Under the pieces are notes generated by a model, which did no database searches, had not been told where the DNA came from, and saw only the letters and a program-made list of their open reading frames with translations. From Octopus sinensis (lineage: Eukaryota), in NCBI RefSeq assembly GCF_006345805.1, contig NC_043004.1:55180001-55244000 (forward strand): DNA of 64,000 nucleotides, given 5' to 3'. Shown piece after piece: positions 1-13,603 of the stretch (position 1 is the stretch's first letter; each line of letters opens with the position of its first letter). Made by a program: the position numbers and the translations under genes.

Positions 1-166
1 GTCATAGCTGGAATGTCTTTGATAGGCCTCTTGTGGATCTGTGCTGACTTGGGGCTAAACAATAACTGATTTGAACCAATTTGGAAACTGGTTGACACCT
101 TCATGAAGTACATTTGTATGTTATTGTAGTATCTATAGTAGGTCTTTGTAACATTTGTCCTTATTA

Positions 167-594
167 TCTCTCTCTATATAAACGGCAGTTTGTCTGTCAG
201 GTTGTACCCTCACCCTGACCACGGCTTTCAACCGATTCTGATGAAACTTGACACACACATAGCCCAATGTCATAATTCAAAACTAACGCAGCGAAAATTT
301 TGAAAAGTTCCCCCAGTTCTGAAAAAAATCGATAAATTCGACATGGAGTCGAGAATCTAAGCTTTTTATATGCCCCCTAGACATATAAAAAAAGCTTTTT
401 ATATGTCTAGGGGACACAACTCGACAGCTAGGGACAGCTAGGAACATCGTATACACAGAAGTATTCGAGTGAAGAGAAGACATTGCAACCTACACATGCG
501 CCTTCGTTCCCTAGAGGGAAAGGACTAGATTGGGATTAGTCGTTATCTATTAGGGGCTCTTACATACCCGGGCAACGCCAGGCTATGCTGCTAG
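167..594 (+). mobile_element. Non-autonomous Helitron
   Basis: A|TC start (tctctctctatataaa). 3' GC hairpin (cccgggcaacgccagg) followed by CTAG at 591-594 and then T. Confidence 0.7.
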
Positions 595-1009
595 TCCTCA
601 TTATAAACCAGGCTCTGTTGATTTAACACTCCTTTATTCCTAGACCTAAACCTCTAATATGACAAAAGTGTAATTACATATTTGTAAACTGGTTCACAAC
701 ATTCCTAAAATGCTTAAGACATTTTCAGAACTAATGTTTCACCTCTAGTTAAACATATTTTGGTGGGGGGGACTTTCTTCCTAGATAGTAAGTAACATTG
801 CAAGATGGTATAATACTTATTTACCTATGTAAAGTCAACTGAGGCAATGTAGAATTCACTTTTTTTGTTACCATATTTTCTCTTGGAATACATTGTTTTT
901 GTTTTAGTAAATTTTGAAAATAAGAATTTTTTTAATAAAAAATAATTTTGTCGTTATTAGGCTCATGTTTAGAGCATAGAATAACATAGACTTTTGATGG
1001 TTTCATCAT

Positions 1010-1655
1010 CATCATCATCATCATCGTTTAACGTCCGTTCTCCATGCTAGCATGGGTTGGATGGTTCGACCGGGGATCTGGGAAGCCAGACGGCTGCACC
1101 AGGCTTCAGTCTGATCTGGCAGTGTTTCTACAGCTGGATGCCCTTCCTAACGCCAACCACTCCGTGAGAATAGTGGGTGCTTTTTATGTGCCACCAGCAC
1201 AGGTGCCAGGCAAGGCTGGCAACGGCCATGGTCGGATTGGTGCATTTTACGTGCCACCGGCATGGAAGCCAGTCGAGGCGATGCTGGCATCGGCCACGAT
1301 TCGGATAGCGCTTTTTATGTGCCACTGACACCGGAGCCAGTCGAGGCGATGCTGGCATCGGCCACGATTCGGATAGCGCTTTTTACGTACCACCAGTCCA
1401 AGGGTCCTGGCAACTGCCGGGTGCCAGTCATAGGATTGGTTCAATTTTGATTCCGATTTCGATTTCACTTGCCCCCAACAGGTCTTCGCATGGGTGCCTG
1501 TCGTCGGATGAGGTTTGATTTCAACTTCGCTTGCCTCAACAGGTCTTTGTGTGTCCAAGGGAGGAAAGACATGCATAAGTGGGCTGGACTCACTTGTCCT
1601 GCCTGGTCTTCTCATGCACAGCATATTTCCAAAGGTCTTGGTCGCTGGTCATTGC
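1010..1655 (-). mobile_element. RTE LINE 3' end (last codons, 3' UTR with internal tandem units, (GAT)n tail)
   Basis: 1612-1650 matches the RTE ORF end at 7781-7815. (CAT)n plus tttaacgtcc tail is shared with 44555-44600. Confidence 0.75.
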
Positions 1656-1998
1656 CTAGTTTAGATAATTTTTTAAAATAGGAAATTTATGTCATGGAAC
1701 CAAGTCCAGCCTGGGATGAGTTGGTATCAAAAAAGTTAAATGAACTGCTAAAATACACAAAGCATTTGAAACCATGCTAAAACAGACAATTGGAGCCTGA
1801 ACACCTCTCTGGCTGGCCATCTCCTGTCAAGCTGTCCAACCTATGACAGCATGGAAAACAGACGTAAAATGATAATGACATCGATGATGATGATGACTTG
1901 CTTTGAATTAGAACTCAAAAGTCTTTGATATAATAATCAACTGCTATATTCATTTAAGCAGTTTTCTACTTAATTGTTTTATATCACTTCTCTTCCAG

Positions 1999-2058
1999 AT
2001 CCTGTGTAATGGCCCCGGAATCTGTGTACCTATTGCATTTGTTGGACTTATACTCAAG
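1999..2058 (+). CDS. ALG14: UDP-N-acetylglucosamine transferase subunit ALG14, internal exon
   Basis: ttctcttccAG acceptor and GT donor at 2059. 60 nt, phase 0, encoding ILCNGPGICVPIAFVGLILK, which matches the ALG14 LCNGPGxCVP motif. Confidence 0.93.
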
Positions 2059-3203
2059 GTGGGTTTCAGTTATGTAAGACTAAATTGATGTGTGATGTTG
2101 TTGTGTATCGTCAGTCCTGAGTCAGTAATTAGTTAAGTAAATAATTAGCTATGAGTTATAAATCCATAGTTCAAACTATATCCTATCTTTGCCTCATAGA
2201 GACCTATATTAAACAGGCAGTGCTTTATCATATTGTGTAGCATGGGACAGTTTAAATATGTAATTGTTCCCGGTCTTAGTACAACTAATGTTCTGAGAGA
2301 CATTGATCCAGTGAATCTTCACACAAAGGCAATCCAGGCATGACCATCCTATCTTTTTCTTATTTTCGTTTTTTGCAGACAACATATGAAAGCTACATGA
2401 TTGTGTTCCCCTATTTGTTTTTTGTTCAAAATAGCAGTGTCTGATTTGAGAAAGATTTGATTGCTATATCTAGCAGAGGCTTTCTTTGGTGACTCATTTT
2501 GTATGCTTGTAGGTATGGTTGTACCTTTTGTACGCCTGTAGGTGAGTGTGGTAAGCCTTTTGTGCCCTTGTAAGTGAGTTTTAGACAAAGAGGATTTGTT
2601 CATATGATTCTTGTTGTTTCTCTACACTTTTTACTGATGGCATGTGCATCCTTACATGGTGCTTGGCTCTAATGGGGGGTACTAATATTGTAGCTATTTT
2701 TTAGTGGTGCTTTATGTTTGTCTGGATCAGGTGGGAGAAATATCTTAGTGGGATAAGATGGTGTTGTAGTGTTCGAATTTTAACATTCCAGAACAGCACT
2801 GCCTAACACAATTACTATACACTAGAAGGGTACTTTTAAGAACATAATTAAACACTACAAATGCCACACATAATGAGAAAGTATTTATGAGGTTTATTGA
2901 CCTGCTTGAAACAGCTGCTAAATCTCCTTTTAATCACATCCATTATCTTAAATAAAGAAAAGGTACATTGCATAATGTACAGGTAGAAAGCCTTTGATCA
3001 CCAAAATTGTCCTAGAGCTGAACAAAAACATTATTTTCTACTAAAATAGCACACCATTGCAAGATTTTTATACTCTTAAACAGTATTCCCCTAGCACATT
3101 CCTAAACTATGACCATACACAAGATGTGTTCTCAAACAACAACAGATTGCCTGTCTATATTGTTGATGTTATAAAATGTAAGTTTTTCTGTTTCTCTCTT
3201 CAG

Positions 3204-3374
3204 TATCTCTTCCTGATGGATGTTACCATAGTGTATGTGGAAAGTGTCTGCCGTGTCAAAACTTTGTCCCTGTCAGCGCAACTGCTCTATCCTTTCATTG
3301 ACCACCTCCTGGTGCAGTGGCCACAGCTGAAGGAGCGATACAGTGGCGCCGACTTTCTTGGACAGTTAATCTAA
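3204..3374 (+). CDS. ALG14: ALG14 last coding exon
   Basis: tttctctcttcAG acceptor. Encodes YLFLMDVTIVYVESVCRVKTLSLSAQLLYPFIDHLLVQWPQLKERYSGADFLGQLI*, with the ALG14 C-terminal YVESxCRV...VQWP motifs. In frame with the 1999-2058 exon. Confidence 0.95.
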   Translation, partial: YLFLMDVTIVYVESVCRVKTLSLSAQLLYPFIDHLLVQWPQLKERYSGADFLGQLI

Positions 3375-3604
3375 TGTAGTGCAATGGGACAATATCATAA
3401 CACTGCTACCATCTCTACCAGTACCACTGTTTTACCACAGCTTCTGATAATGATCTCTCAACCAATGGACTCATATTGCAACACCCTGTGTACGCTTCTG
3501 CTATTGCTGCTGCTGTGCTCTTAACAACATTGCCATAAACTAGAGCAACACTACAAAATAGTCTGCCATACACTAGAGGTGCACTTTCAATAACAGTGTC
3601 TTGC

Positions 3605-3610
3605 AATAAA
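3605..3610 (+). promoter_or_regulatory. Candidate ALG14 polyadenylation signal
   Basis: AATAAA ~230 nt after the stop codon; not unique in AT-rich DNA. Confidence 0.3.
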
Positions 3611-4359
3611 AAACCACTTTTGCTTTCGATAAGTTTTGCCATACATAAATGGGGCCACTTCTAACCACATTGGTATCCACGAAATGTGCATTTCAAATAA
3701 CATTACAGGTGCAACATCAATTGGTTCCAAGTCCTTTCTGGGTTACTGATATTTTTCCGAACCAGGGGTGGGTTCCACTAAATTAGACAAATATTAAATT
3801 TATTAAAATAATTAAATGAAATACAGGTACTTTGTACATTAGTACAAATGATACAAGTTTGTTAGAAATGTACTATGCAAGGTATTTTGAAACGCTCACC
3901 CAGTAAGCTGGCCTGTGTGCATGGGAATTTGAAGTTCTTGCTTGCAAAATAGTGTGGATTATAAGAGATTCAGGACCATTAGTGTCCAGAAAGTTGGTGT
4001 TGCACCTGTATCATACACTAGAACAGTGAGCCCGAAAATATTTGGTAGATACTAGAATAATATTACTGTCAATATTGCTGTACACTACAAGAAGACATTC
4101 CAAATCAATGGCTGCACACTTTTTGTACACTTCCCTGAAACGTAGGTGTACAGCAAAATTGCACTGAAAACAACTGTGACACACAAACACCAGACCTGGG
4201 CTGCAAACTCTGCTTTGGACTAGAGCTGCACTCCAAACTCTGCGCTAATCCCTGCTAAATCCAACTCAACTCTGTTTAAGTGGAGCAATGTTAGATTTTA
4301 ATAGTTTCTCTCTAGTGTATAACATAGCAGAGTACGTTGGTGTCTGTCTATCATTTGAC

Positions 4360-4363
4360 AGAA

Positions 4364-4403
<40 letters not shown>

Positions 4404-4404
4404 A

Positions 4405-4498
<94 letters not shown>

Positions 4499-4620
4499 CA
4501 CATACACACACACATTTATACACATGTATATTTATACTTATATATATATGTATCTGTCTCTCATACAAATATATATTGCATTGTTAATATATATATATGC
4601 GTGTGTATGTGTGTGTATAG
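4360..4620. repeat. Compound (TA)n/(TG)n/(CA)n microsatellite
   Basis: Direct reading. Confidence 0.9.
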
Positions 4621-5022
4621 ATACACATTATGTGTGTATATACTTCACATACTTGTTAGTCTAGTATCTCGCCATTATTGTAGGGAGGTGCAACAGACTT
4701 TGAAATTATTTTCAGATTTATTGCTTACAAGCTTTATACACACGCATGTATACACACAGATTTTCATCATATAACCAACAAATGTAATCACTGCTCTTAG
4801 CATTATATATCTCAAAGTATACAGTAGCATAGATTTATTTTAGCCAATCTTATTGTATACTTTGATTAATATACCCACTATTGACAAATGTAATGAGTGT
4901 GTACTTTTCTGACTTATGGTTTCTTAGCCAACTATATATAATAGTTAATCTTGCCTTATAAATATACATATAGTACTAGTTTAACTTAGATATCCTGACC
5001 TCATACTGTATGTGTGTGTGTG

Positions 5023-5062
<40 letters not shown>

Positions 5063-6332
5063 TTCATTGTTAACTCTGTGGTAAGTTGATGCAATGCATA
5101 TTTTCTCCTTGCATTCAATAAAGAAATATTTTAACATAACAAACTTAGATGTTTCTAGACCACAACTAACCCCTTCTGTGATGATTTTACAAAGATAATA
5201 CTTTAGAAACACTGAGATAATACTCTAGAAACACTGAGATTTTGTGGTTGGCTGTTCTGTTGCTTGGTCATAAGTTTATAAACATATTGTCTCTGAAGTT
5301 TCAGCCACAGACCATTAGTGATCTTAAACCAACCACTCATGTTCAGATGGTTAAAATATTGAGAAGTGTAAATTATCACACTAACTCATTTCAGAAATTT
5401 TCTTACAGGTTCACTTTCCACAGGTATTAACTTATTTGTGTCTCATTGGAATCAAAAGTGTTGTTTTAATCTGCACGATTGAATTCTTAGGCTAGCTTAC
5501 TTAAATTTAAGAATTTTAATTTATGATTTTTCAATTTTCATGCTAGAATCTGTCAGAGGCTGATGAGTTAATTATTTTGATGGTGATTAACATAAAGTAG
5601 CCTCAGTTTACTAAATCTTTCCAAATTCTTGATTATTTTACCAAATTAGTTGAAACACATAAGGATTGGATGTATTTCTACGGAAATCTGATTACAACAG
5701 TGTCATCTGTTCTAAGTCTATTAATATAGTTCTTCAGTATATGAACACACACACACATTTAAGCTTGCTCTGAAATAGTTTTGTGGTTACAGCTTCCACG
5801 GTGGCTTGAGTAGGGTTTATTTTTATTTTCAATCCTTATTATGATTTGGAGTTGTTACAGAGAAAGATTTCTATAAATACTAGATATATCCTGTAATATT
5901 TGGGATAAATTCTTTGAATCAGTTGATCTCAGACTCTTGCAATGTTTTCATATTCTGGCATAAAAATCTCTCGTTTCTAGGTTTTATTTGCCATTATTCC
6001 AAACGCCTCATTTTCAGTGGCAATATTTTGCAAATAATATAATGACTACATTAACACTGAACTGATTTTTTTTCTTTTTGAATTTATTTGCAAGGAATCC
6101 AATCACTTAATTTTCAATGCTAATAAAAATTGGCCTTTTCTTACAAACTGATTCTGGCTTTAAATGTTTCTTAATTTCAATAAAATATGGGAATATAAAG
6201 AAGATGGAATAAAACTGAATTTGGTGTGAAACAAAGGATTTGATAGTAAAATTAAAAATGGAAAATGAATACAAAAATAGAAAGTTCTTTGCCTGAGGTA
6301 TTAGACATTTTGTTTTATTATAATATCACAAA

Positions 6333-6548
6333 AGACAGTGAGCTGGCAGAATTGTTTGCCCACCACACAAAATGCTTAGTGGTATTTTGCCTGTCCTTTA
6401 CATGTTCTGAGTTCAAATTCTTCCTTGGTCATCTTTGCCTTTCATCCTTTCAGGGTTGATAAAATAAGTACCAATTGAACACTTGGGTCGATGTAATCAA
6501 CTTACTTCCTCCCTCAAAACTGCTGGCCTTTTGTCAAAATTTGAAATC
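6333..6548 (+). mobile_element. tRNA-derived SINE family A, short-tail variant (old copy)
   Basis: gagctggcagaa...gagttcaaatt...gtaatcaactt core, ending gcctt..tcaaaatttgaaa. Confidence 0.7.
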
Positions 6549-6654
6549 ACTATAACAACACAACACGGCTTTATTTCTTAGAAAAATTTTTCCTTGTCTT
6601 AAATCTTGCAGTTAAATATTTACATTAAACTCCCCAAATTTTAATGAATTATTC

Positions 6655-7560
6655 CTATAAGGCTGAGGGTGTCTTGGCATCACTCACTAAGTCCTTTGTG
6701 AGTCGCTCTCTGGCTATCTATCTGAGGCTATATGGTGCAGCCTCACCTGGAATTTGCATCACCGGTCTGGAACCCTTATCTTGCCCAGGATATTAATCAT
6801 CTGGAAACCGTTCGGTGATGTGCAACCAAAAGAATACCTATTTCTTTATTACCCACAAGGGGCTAAATATAGAGGGGACAAACAAGGACAGACATAGGTA
6901 TTAAGTCGATTAGATTGACTCCAGTGCGTAACTGGTACTTAATTTATCGACCCTGAAAGGATGAAAGGCAAAGTTGACCTCAGCAGAATTTGAACTCACA
7001 ACGTAATGACGAAATACCGCTAAGCATTTCGCCCGGCGCGCTAACATTTCTGTCAGCTTGCCGCCTTTAGGCATTTACCATATTCTGAACGACTTACTTC
7101 CCTGGGCATGGATACATTGAAACTCCGACGTCTGGTAGCTGACTTGGGAGACACCCATAAGATTATTAACCATCTTACAAACAATAACTCTGTGCACTTT
7201 TTCAAACTCCACCTGTCTAACACCCGTGGACATGTTTACAAACTCAGAAAACAGCACAGCTCCCATGACTTTCGGAAAGATTTTTTCACGCTAAGAGTTG
7301 CTGAAGCATGGAACAGACTGCTGGCATCAGTTGTTAATTGTCGGAGCACTGCATCCTTCAAAACTTCCATGCTTCCTGAGATTCGCCAACACAACACCTA
7401 ATTTTCTCCCCTCCATATACATGCAAGCATGTATCTGACTCATACACTGTTCGCTTTCCAGACATTTGTACATTACTGCATATGCTTTATATGCACTTTT
7501 GACAAGTTGTGGTGCACCTGAGCACTGTATACAATAATTTCATTACTATTATTATATTAT
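6655..7560 (+). mobile_element. CR1-clade LINE 3' end, interrupted by a SINE
   Basis: Frameshifted PHLEFASPVWNPYLAQDINHLE..ATKRIP, then after the SINE RHLPYSERLTSLGMDTLKLRRL...TRGHVYKL..FFTLRVAEAWNRL. Short 3' UTR with (ATT)n tail. Confidence 0.85.
6838..7065 (-). mobile_element. SINE family A, long-tail variant, nested in CR1
   Basis: Full ggcggcaagctg...gccccttgtgggtaataaagaaatag sequence on the - strand. Confidence 0.85.
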
Positions 7561-7699
7561 ATTCACGGTTATTCCAATAACATGCTAAATACCTAACAAA
7601 AAATAGAATTGATATTTTCTCAACACGAAAATAGTCTTAAACATTTCATTCCTCAACAAAAGACAAATTGATATATAAAACTGCCTTCTGTAGTTAAAG

Positions 7700-9200
7700 G
7701 TAATGAAATAAGTGGGCTGGTTACGCCCCTGGCTTAGGCCACGAGGTTATACTTTCTTTTGGTTTCCCAGGTCTTCTCAAGCACAGCATATTTCCAAAAG
7801 TCTCGGTCACTTGTCATTTCCTTGGTGAGGTCTAAAGTTCGAAGGTCATGCTTCACCATTTCATCCCAGGTCTTCCTGGGTGTACCTCTTCCACAGGTTC
7901 CCTCAACCGCTAGGGTGTGGCACTTTTTCACACAGCTATCCTCATCCATTCTCGCCACATGATCATACCAGCGCAGTCGTCTCTCTTGCACACCACATCT
8001 GATGCTTCTTAGGTCCAACTTTTCTCTCAAGGTACTTACACTCTGTCAAGTATGCACACTGACATTACACAGCCATTGGATCATACTGGCTTCATTCCTT
8101 GTGAGATTACGCATGTCCTCAGCAGTCATAGCCCATGTTTCACTGCCATGTAGCATGGCTGTTCGTACACATGCGTCATACAGTCTACCTTTTACTCTGA
8201 GCGAGAAGCCCTTTGTCACCGGCAGAGGTAAGAGCTCTTTGAACTTTGCCCAAGCTATTCTTATTCTAGCAGCTACACTTCAGCACACCCGCTACTGACT
8301 TGAAGCTATCAAGCTACTGACAGAAGCTATCAACTACTAGTTTTTCTTCCTGGAATGTGGCGGAAGTTGTTCTCTGCGCATTTTCAGTGTTTATTGCTCC
8401 CGAGCATCTGCCACATACAAAAACTATCTTCCCAGTTTACCTTCCTTTAATATTACTGCTCCGCTTATATGTCCATAGCTTACACTGGGTACATCTTATA
8501 GAGTTTCTACCTACGCCTCTACTACAGATCGAGCAGGGACATCTACCTGAAAGGATTTGTGGTTTGCCTGCCTTCCTACTTATTAGGACTTTGGTTTTAG
8601 CTAGATTGACTTTAAGGCCTTTTGAATCTAATCCTTTCTTCCAAAACCTGAAACTTTTCCTCTAGTTCTGACAGTGACTCAGCAATTAGAGCAAGGTCAT
8701 CAGCATAGAGAAGCTCCCAGGGGTATCTTGTCTTGAATTCCTCCGTTATTGCCTTGAGGACTATGATAAATAAGAGGGGGCTGAGAACTGAACCTTGGTG
8801 GACCCCTACCTCTACCCTGAATTCTTCAGTGTACTCGTTGCCAACCCTCACCTTACTGACAGCATCCCTGTACATGGCTTGCACAGCTCTCTATTTCTTT
8901 ACTACTCACAAGGGGCTAAACACAGAGAGGACAAACAAAGACAGACAAATGGATTAATTCGATTGTATCGACCCCAGTGTGCAACTGGTACTTAATTTTT
9001 CGACCCCGAAAGGATGAAAGGCAAAGTCGACCTCGGCGGAATTTGAACTCAGAACGTAACGGCAGACGAAATACTGCTACGCATTTCGCCCGGCGTGCTA
9101 CCGTTTCTGCCAGCTCGCCGCCGGCTCTCACTAACCATTCATCTATCCCTAGTTTCCTCATTGACCACCAGATAAGGGATTGGGGACCCTGTCAAAGGCT
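7700..9200 (-). mobile_element. RTE LINE RT C-terminal half, degenerate
   Basis: ORF pieces GVHQGSVLSPLLF, LLYADDL, RRLRWYDHVARM, GRGTPRKTW. Confidence 0.9.
8892..9123 (-). mobile_element. SINE family A nested in RTE, with 6-bp TSD
   Basis: Splits the RTE reading LGIDEWLVRA|VQAMY. GCTCTC at 8886-8891 and 9124-9129. Confidence 0.9.
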
Positions 9201-9269
9201 TTTTCCATGTCAACGAAAGCCAGGTACTATATATATACAATACATACAATATTTTACATTATATTTTGA

Positions 9270-9371
9270 CATTTACAGGCACTTTTTGGAACCATTTCTA
9301 ATATTCGCGGTTTTTCACTATTCGTGGCTGCTCTAGGAATGTAACCCCTTTGAATACAGGGGCACTACTGT
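9270..9371. mobile_element. Tc1/mariner Tigger-like terminal fragment
   Basis: Ends ...gtaacccct..gaata..ggggcactactg|TA, resembling a Tigger TIR. Confidence 0.45.
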
Positions 9372-10129
9372 ATTTCAGCAAGATATGTGAAACTAAAAAA
9401 GAAAACCAATATATTAAAGTAATTTTTAGTATTTTAAGGGTCAATCTACTGTCTCCTTTTTTGTGAATATAGATCTAAATTGATCTGAACTCCACCTATT
9501 TTTCCATGATGTATTACATATATAATGTCCTTAGTTTAAATATAACTGACCAATTGTAGAGATGGCAGGACTTTGGTCAGTTCCATTACGGACAACAGTT
9601 GTTTGGTCCCTAGAATATTTCGATAAGTACACCATTATAAAAACTCTACGGGTTTGGTTTTGGATAAGATATTAATTAGCCCTTTTTACTGAATCATAAG
9701 TACTATTCGTTTTCTAGACATATTGGTGAGTCCTGCTTTACTTTAGCACTAGTTTTATCCTACTACTATGTATACATCCTCGTACCCCTACATAAGGGAT
9801 AACCAATAAATTATTTCTCTAGCTCATTTGCTAGTTCACTCTTTTGCCTATCGACTTCAAGCTTTACACTGCAAAATGGTATGATTCTAATTTATTGAGC
9901 CTTCTGGCCTCATCTCGAGGCCCTGTTCTTTCCTCTTCCCTCTTCATTTAATATATTTTATTTTATGTATTTGTATTCACTCTGATGTATTCACCCAGCA
10001 TTCAGAATGTGTCTGGGATATCTCTGATGAAAGCTTTCAAGGAAACTTGCATGACGTTTGTAAAGGATCCATGTCTCACATGAGTAAAAGAGCGCTGTCG
10101 GTACACATGCACGGTACACAACAATTTTT

Positions 10130-12600
10130 GTTTGCTTTGTGATGCAATGCTGGGATCAGACACGAGACTGGAAGGAATCAGCTGCTCTCTGCAGCCTGAA
10201 AGATATTTCATCATCCAGGGAGCAAGAACGGCTGAGTGTGGTGCCTATGTAGACAAACTTGTCTGCCACTTTCAGAATTGTTCCTCCAACCAAGATAGCT
10301 GGTTCCACGTATGGATTTCCTGGTGCAGGCTGGAACATTAGAACAGTCTTGTCCAGGCTAATGCTGAGACCAAATGCCTTGCAAGAAGCAGAAATACGAT
10401 TCATAAGTATTTGCATGTCATCTGCATAAAGGAGGTCACGTATAAGAGACTGGAAAACTTTTGAATTGGCAGCAAATTGGTGCAGACTAAAGGGGCGACC
10501 AGAAGATCGATACCTGACATATATTCCCAGAGAGCTAACCTTAGCAAAAGCATGAGTAAAAGCAGCAGCCAAATAAAAAAATAGAGTTGGGACAAGGATG
10601 TCACTCTGCTTGAGACCATTCTTTACAGGAATGGGTGCCGCCATGTGACCACCAGCATTGACCCAAGCCTTCATCCCATCATGAAATGATTTAATTATAG
10701 ATACAAAGTGATTCGGACATTCAAGTTTGCCAAGTATTTTCCACATCAAGGCCCTATTCACAGTGTCAAAGGCCTTCGTTAAATCAATACCCGGATAAGA
10801 TCCATATTCTGCTCATAGCACTTCTCCTGCATCTGTCTTTCTGTGAAAATCATATCCATTGTCCCTCTACCAGATCGGAAACCACATTGAGATTCAGATA
10901 GAACATCATTTACGAGACATTCATTCAGGCGGGTAAGAGTATTTGCCAGAACCCTACCTTGCTGACGGTAGGGCAATACCTCTGTAGTTACCACACATTG
11001 TTCTGGCTCCTTTTCCATTGTAGAGAGGAAGAATAATTGCATTCTTCCAGTCCTTAGGCATTGCACCTTCTCTCCAGACTACATTAATAAGTTCATGAAG
11101 GGAATGTATGATGTAATCACCACCAATTCGCAAGACCTCAGCTCAAATTCCATCCCTTCCAGGTGCCCTACCAAGGTTCACTTTAATTATTGATGTCATT
11201 ACCCCATCTATTGAGGGCGTGGAATTTAAGGAGCCAATGATAGGTCTTTGTTGCATAGTATCAATCACTGTTTCATCTACAACTGACTCATGGTTTAGGA
11301 GTTCAAAGAAGTGTTCAATCCAGTGAGCTGTGGTTTCTGTTGATTTAGTAAATAGAGTAGAAGACACATTAGAAAGCAAATGAGCTGATGCATAGCTCTT
11401 AGGCCCATAAACTTGCTCCATAAGATGGTAAAGCTTCTTGCTGTCATTTGCATCAGCAGCCTGAACATCACGAGCAAGAGCCTCCCACCAAGTGTTCTGC
11501 ATCTTCCTGGGAGATCGCTGCTGTATTGATTTTACACTGCTATACAGGGCAAGTGCTAGATTTCGTTGCACAACAGAAAGTCCTCTGTGCAGCAATGCAA
11601 CGTGGGCATGGCGCTTTACAGCTAATAGTCGCTGAACTTCAGCATCATTTTCATCAAACCAGTCTCTGTGTCCGGCAGTATCATATCCCATTGTTTTAGC
11701 AACATATTGATGAACCTGATCTCGAAAATCTTCCCATTCTGTATTATTTTCAATGCTGGACAAGTGAGTCTGAAGCTTTTTCCTCAACATAGCATCATAT
11801 ATCTTGTGGACATTCAGACGCCGAGAAATGCCGACTGGCCCTCTTCTCTCTTTCACTCTAAGCATCATCCGGAACTTTGTTCAGACCAGACTGTGGTCTG
11901 TCCGGCATTCCGATCAATGAAAGGACTTGACATTACAAATGTCATAGACATCATGCTTGCCGATGATGACATAATCCAGCCAAACTTTAGACCTTGGATG
12001 CATCCACGTTGTTGTGTGATCACCTTTGTGCATAAAATGAGTGCTTGCGATGTAAAGTCTATGTTCATCGCAAAGCTCTAGACGTTCATTTATAGGAACA
12101 GGAAAGCTCCTCCAACTTCTTTCTATACGAGTCTCTGAAAGTGCAGCTATATCAATATTGTAGCGGTTCAGCTCGTGAGCAACTAGTGCAGTGCGTCTTT
12201 CAGGCCTACAATCACTCTTGTTATTCAACAGCACGCGCACATTCCAACATGAAATGTTCAAGTTCCATCCAGATTTTGTAAATACAAGTCTCTTTGTCTT
12301 TCCAGCGCAGGGTGGACATCCGTCAGTTGCGGTAAACTGACCAGATATAAAAAGGCAGGCAATTCTTGATTCACCTTTTCTAGAACCTCTCCACCCTCCG
12401 GGTAAGCAGTCATCTCTCCAAATGGAGCTGCTCAGACACCCATGCAGCAACCGAATACTACCGCTGTCTTGGGTGACAATTAGACGACTTTATATCAAGC
12501 ATGGACCGCCTACGTGAAAGCTGCTGACTATATGCTTCCAACCCGTCAGGTCTGCATGCTTCAACACCTTCCCATCACCGTAAGACTTCCGAATAAAAAT
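10130..12600 (-). mobile_element. RTE (BovB-like) LINE, degenerate EN + RT
   Basis: APE motif WNVRVL...ERRTALVAHELNRYNIDIAALSETR. RT motifs ESQCGFRSGRGTMDMIF and RDLLYADD. Many frameshifts and deletions. Confidence 0.9.
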
Positions 12601-12689
12601 AAAATAAATATATACTATAAATAAATAAATATATAAATATATACTAAAAACAAAGACACATATATATACTGAAAATAAAATATATATAC

Positions 12690-12975
12690 CATGTGAGTGG
12701 ATTTGGTAGACGGAAACTGAAAGAAGCCTGTCGTATATATGTATATATGTATGTGTGTGTGTGTTTGTGTGTCTGTGTTTGTCCCCCTGGCATTGCTTGA
12801 CAACCGATGCTGGTGTGTTTACGTTCCCGTCACTTAGCGGTTCGGCAAAAGAGACCGATAGAATAAATACTGAGCTTACAAAGAATAAGTCCCGGGGTCG
12901 ATTTGCTCGACTAAAGGCGGTGCTCCAGCATGGCCGCAGTCAAATGACTGAAACAAGTAAAAGAGTAAAGAGAAA
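12690..12975 (+). mobile_element. SINE family B, 3' part
   Basis: gtgagtggatttggtagacggaaactgaaagaagcc...ggcggtgctccagcatggccgcagtcaaatgactgaaacaagtaaaaga; same family as 40780-41150. Confidence 0.8.
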
Positions 12976-13547
12976 GAGTATATACAGTATATATATAAAG
13001 AAAAAAGCAGCACATATCGAGCAGAGGTCAGCAGCTTTGCACGACGCCTTATAGATCCTCTCCACTTTATTGACATTATCCAGCGACAAGCCAGAGCAAG
13101 ATGTCTGGTGCCAATATGAGTTGCCGGCTCAGGAATGTGGGAGCGCCATGATCTCTAGCACTAACCAAACATTCCTAAAATGTCCAATGCCATTCCCTGC
13201 ATATCTGGTTTTATATCAGACCTTCTCATAGTGACATGCTTCAACAGAAGCTGAGGGGTGCGTCACACCCAGTGGTCTTTTAACACGCCCGACATCATCC
13301 CGGAATTTCTGCGTATCCGTGCTATTGCTAGATAGCCGTTGAGCCTGCTCTAGGTTCATCCGACCTTTTAGTAGGACTTGTTTTAAACCCTGCTGGGTTT
13401 CTAGCAACCCTTCTCACCAGGGTAGCCTGGTGGGGGTGCCGGTTTAGCCACCGACAACCCGACCAAGCAACATTCTCTTCCTCTATGTTATCATCTTATT
13501 GATATATATATACCATTCTCATTTTACATATTTTTCCCTTCCAATTT

Positions 13548-13603
13548 GTCTCTGATGACGAAATATCCCGTGCTCGAGGATATCCCAGAAACAGCTGTAA
13601 GAT
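13548..13603 (+). ncRNA. Degenerate minimal type-I hammerhead ribozyme motif (Penelope pLTR-like)
   Basis: gtct-CTGATGA-stem II (atatcc/ggatat)-GAAA-C(AGCT)G-TA-agat. Stem II closing pair imperfect. Confidence 0.45.

Noticed and set aside
3415-3642. 75-aa minus-strand ORF just after the ALG14 stop
   Set aside because: No recognisable motif or splice context; most simply the antisense of the ALG14 3' UTR.
10022-10060. ctgatga...gaaac as a hammerhead
   Set aside because: No stem II or stem III and no cleavage triplet can be formed.
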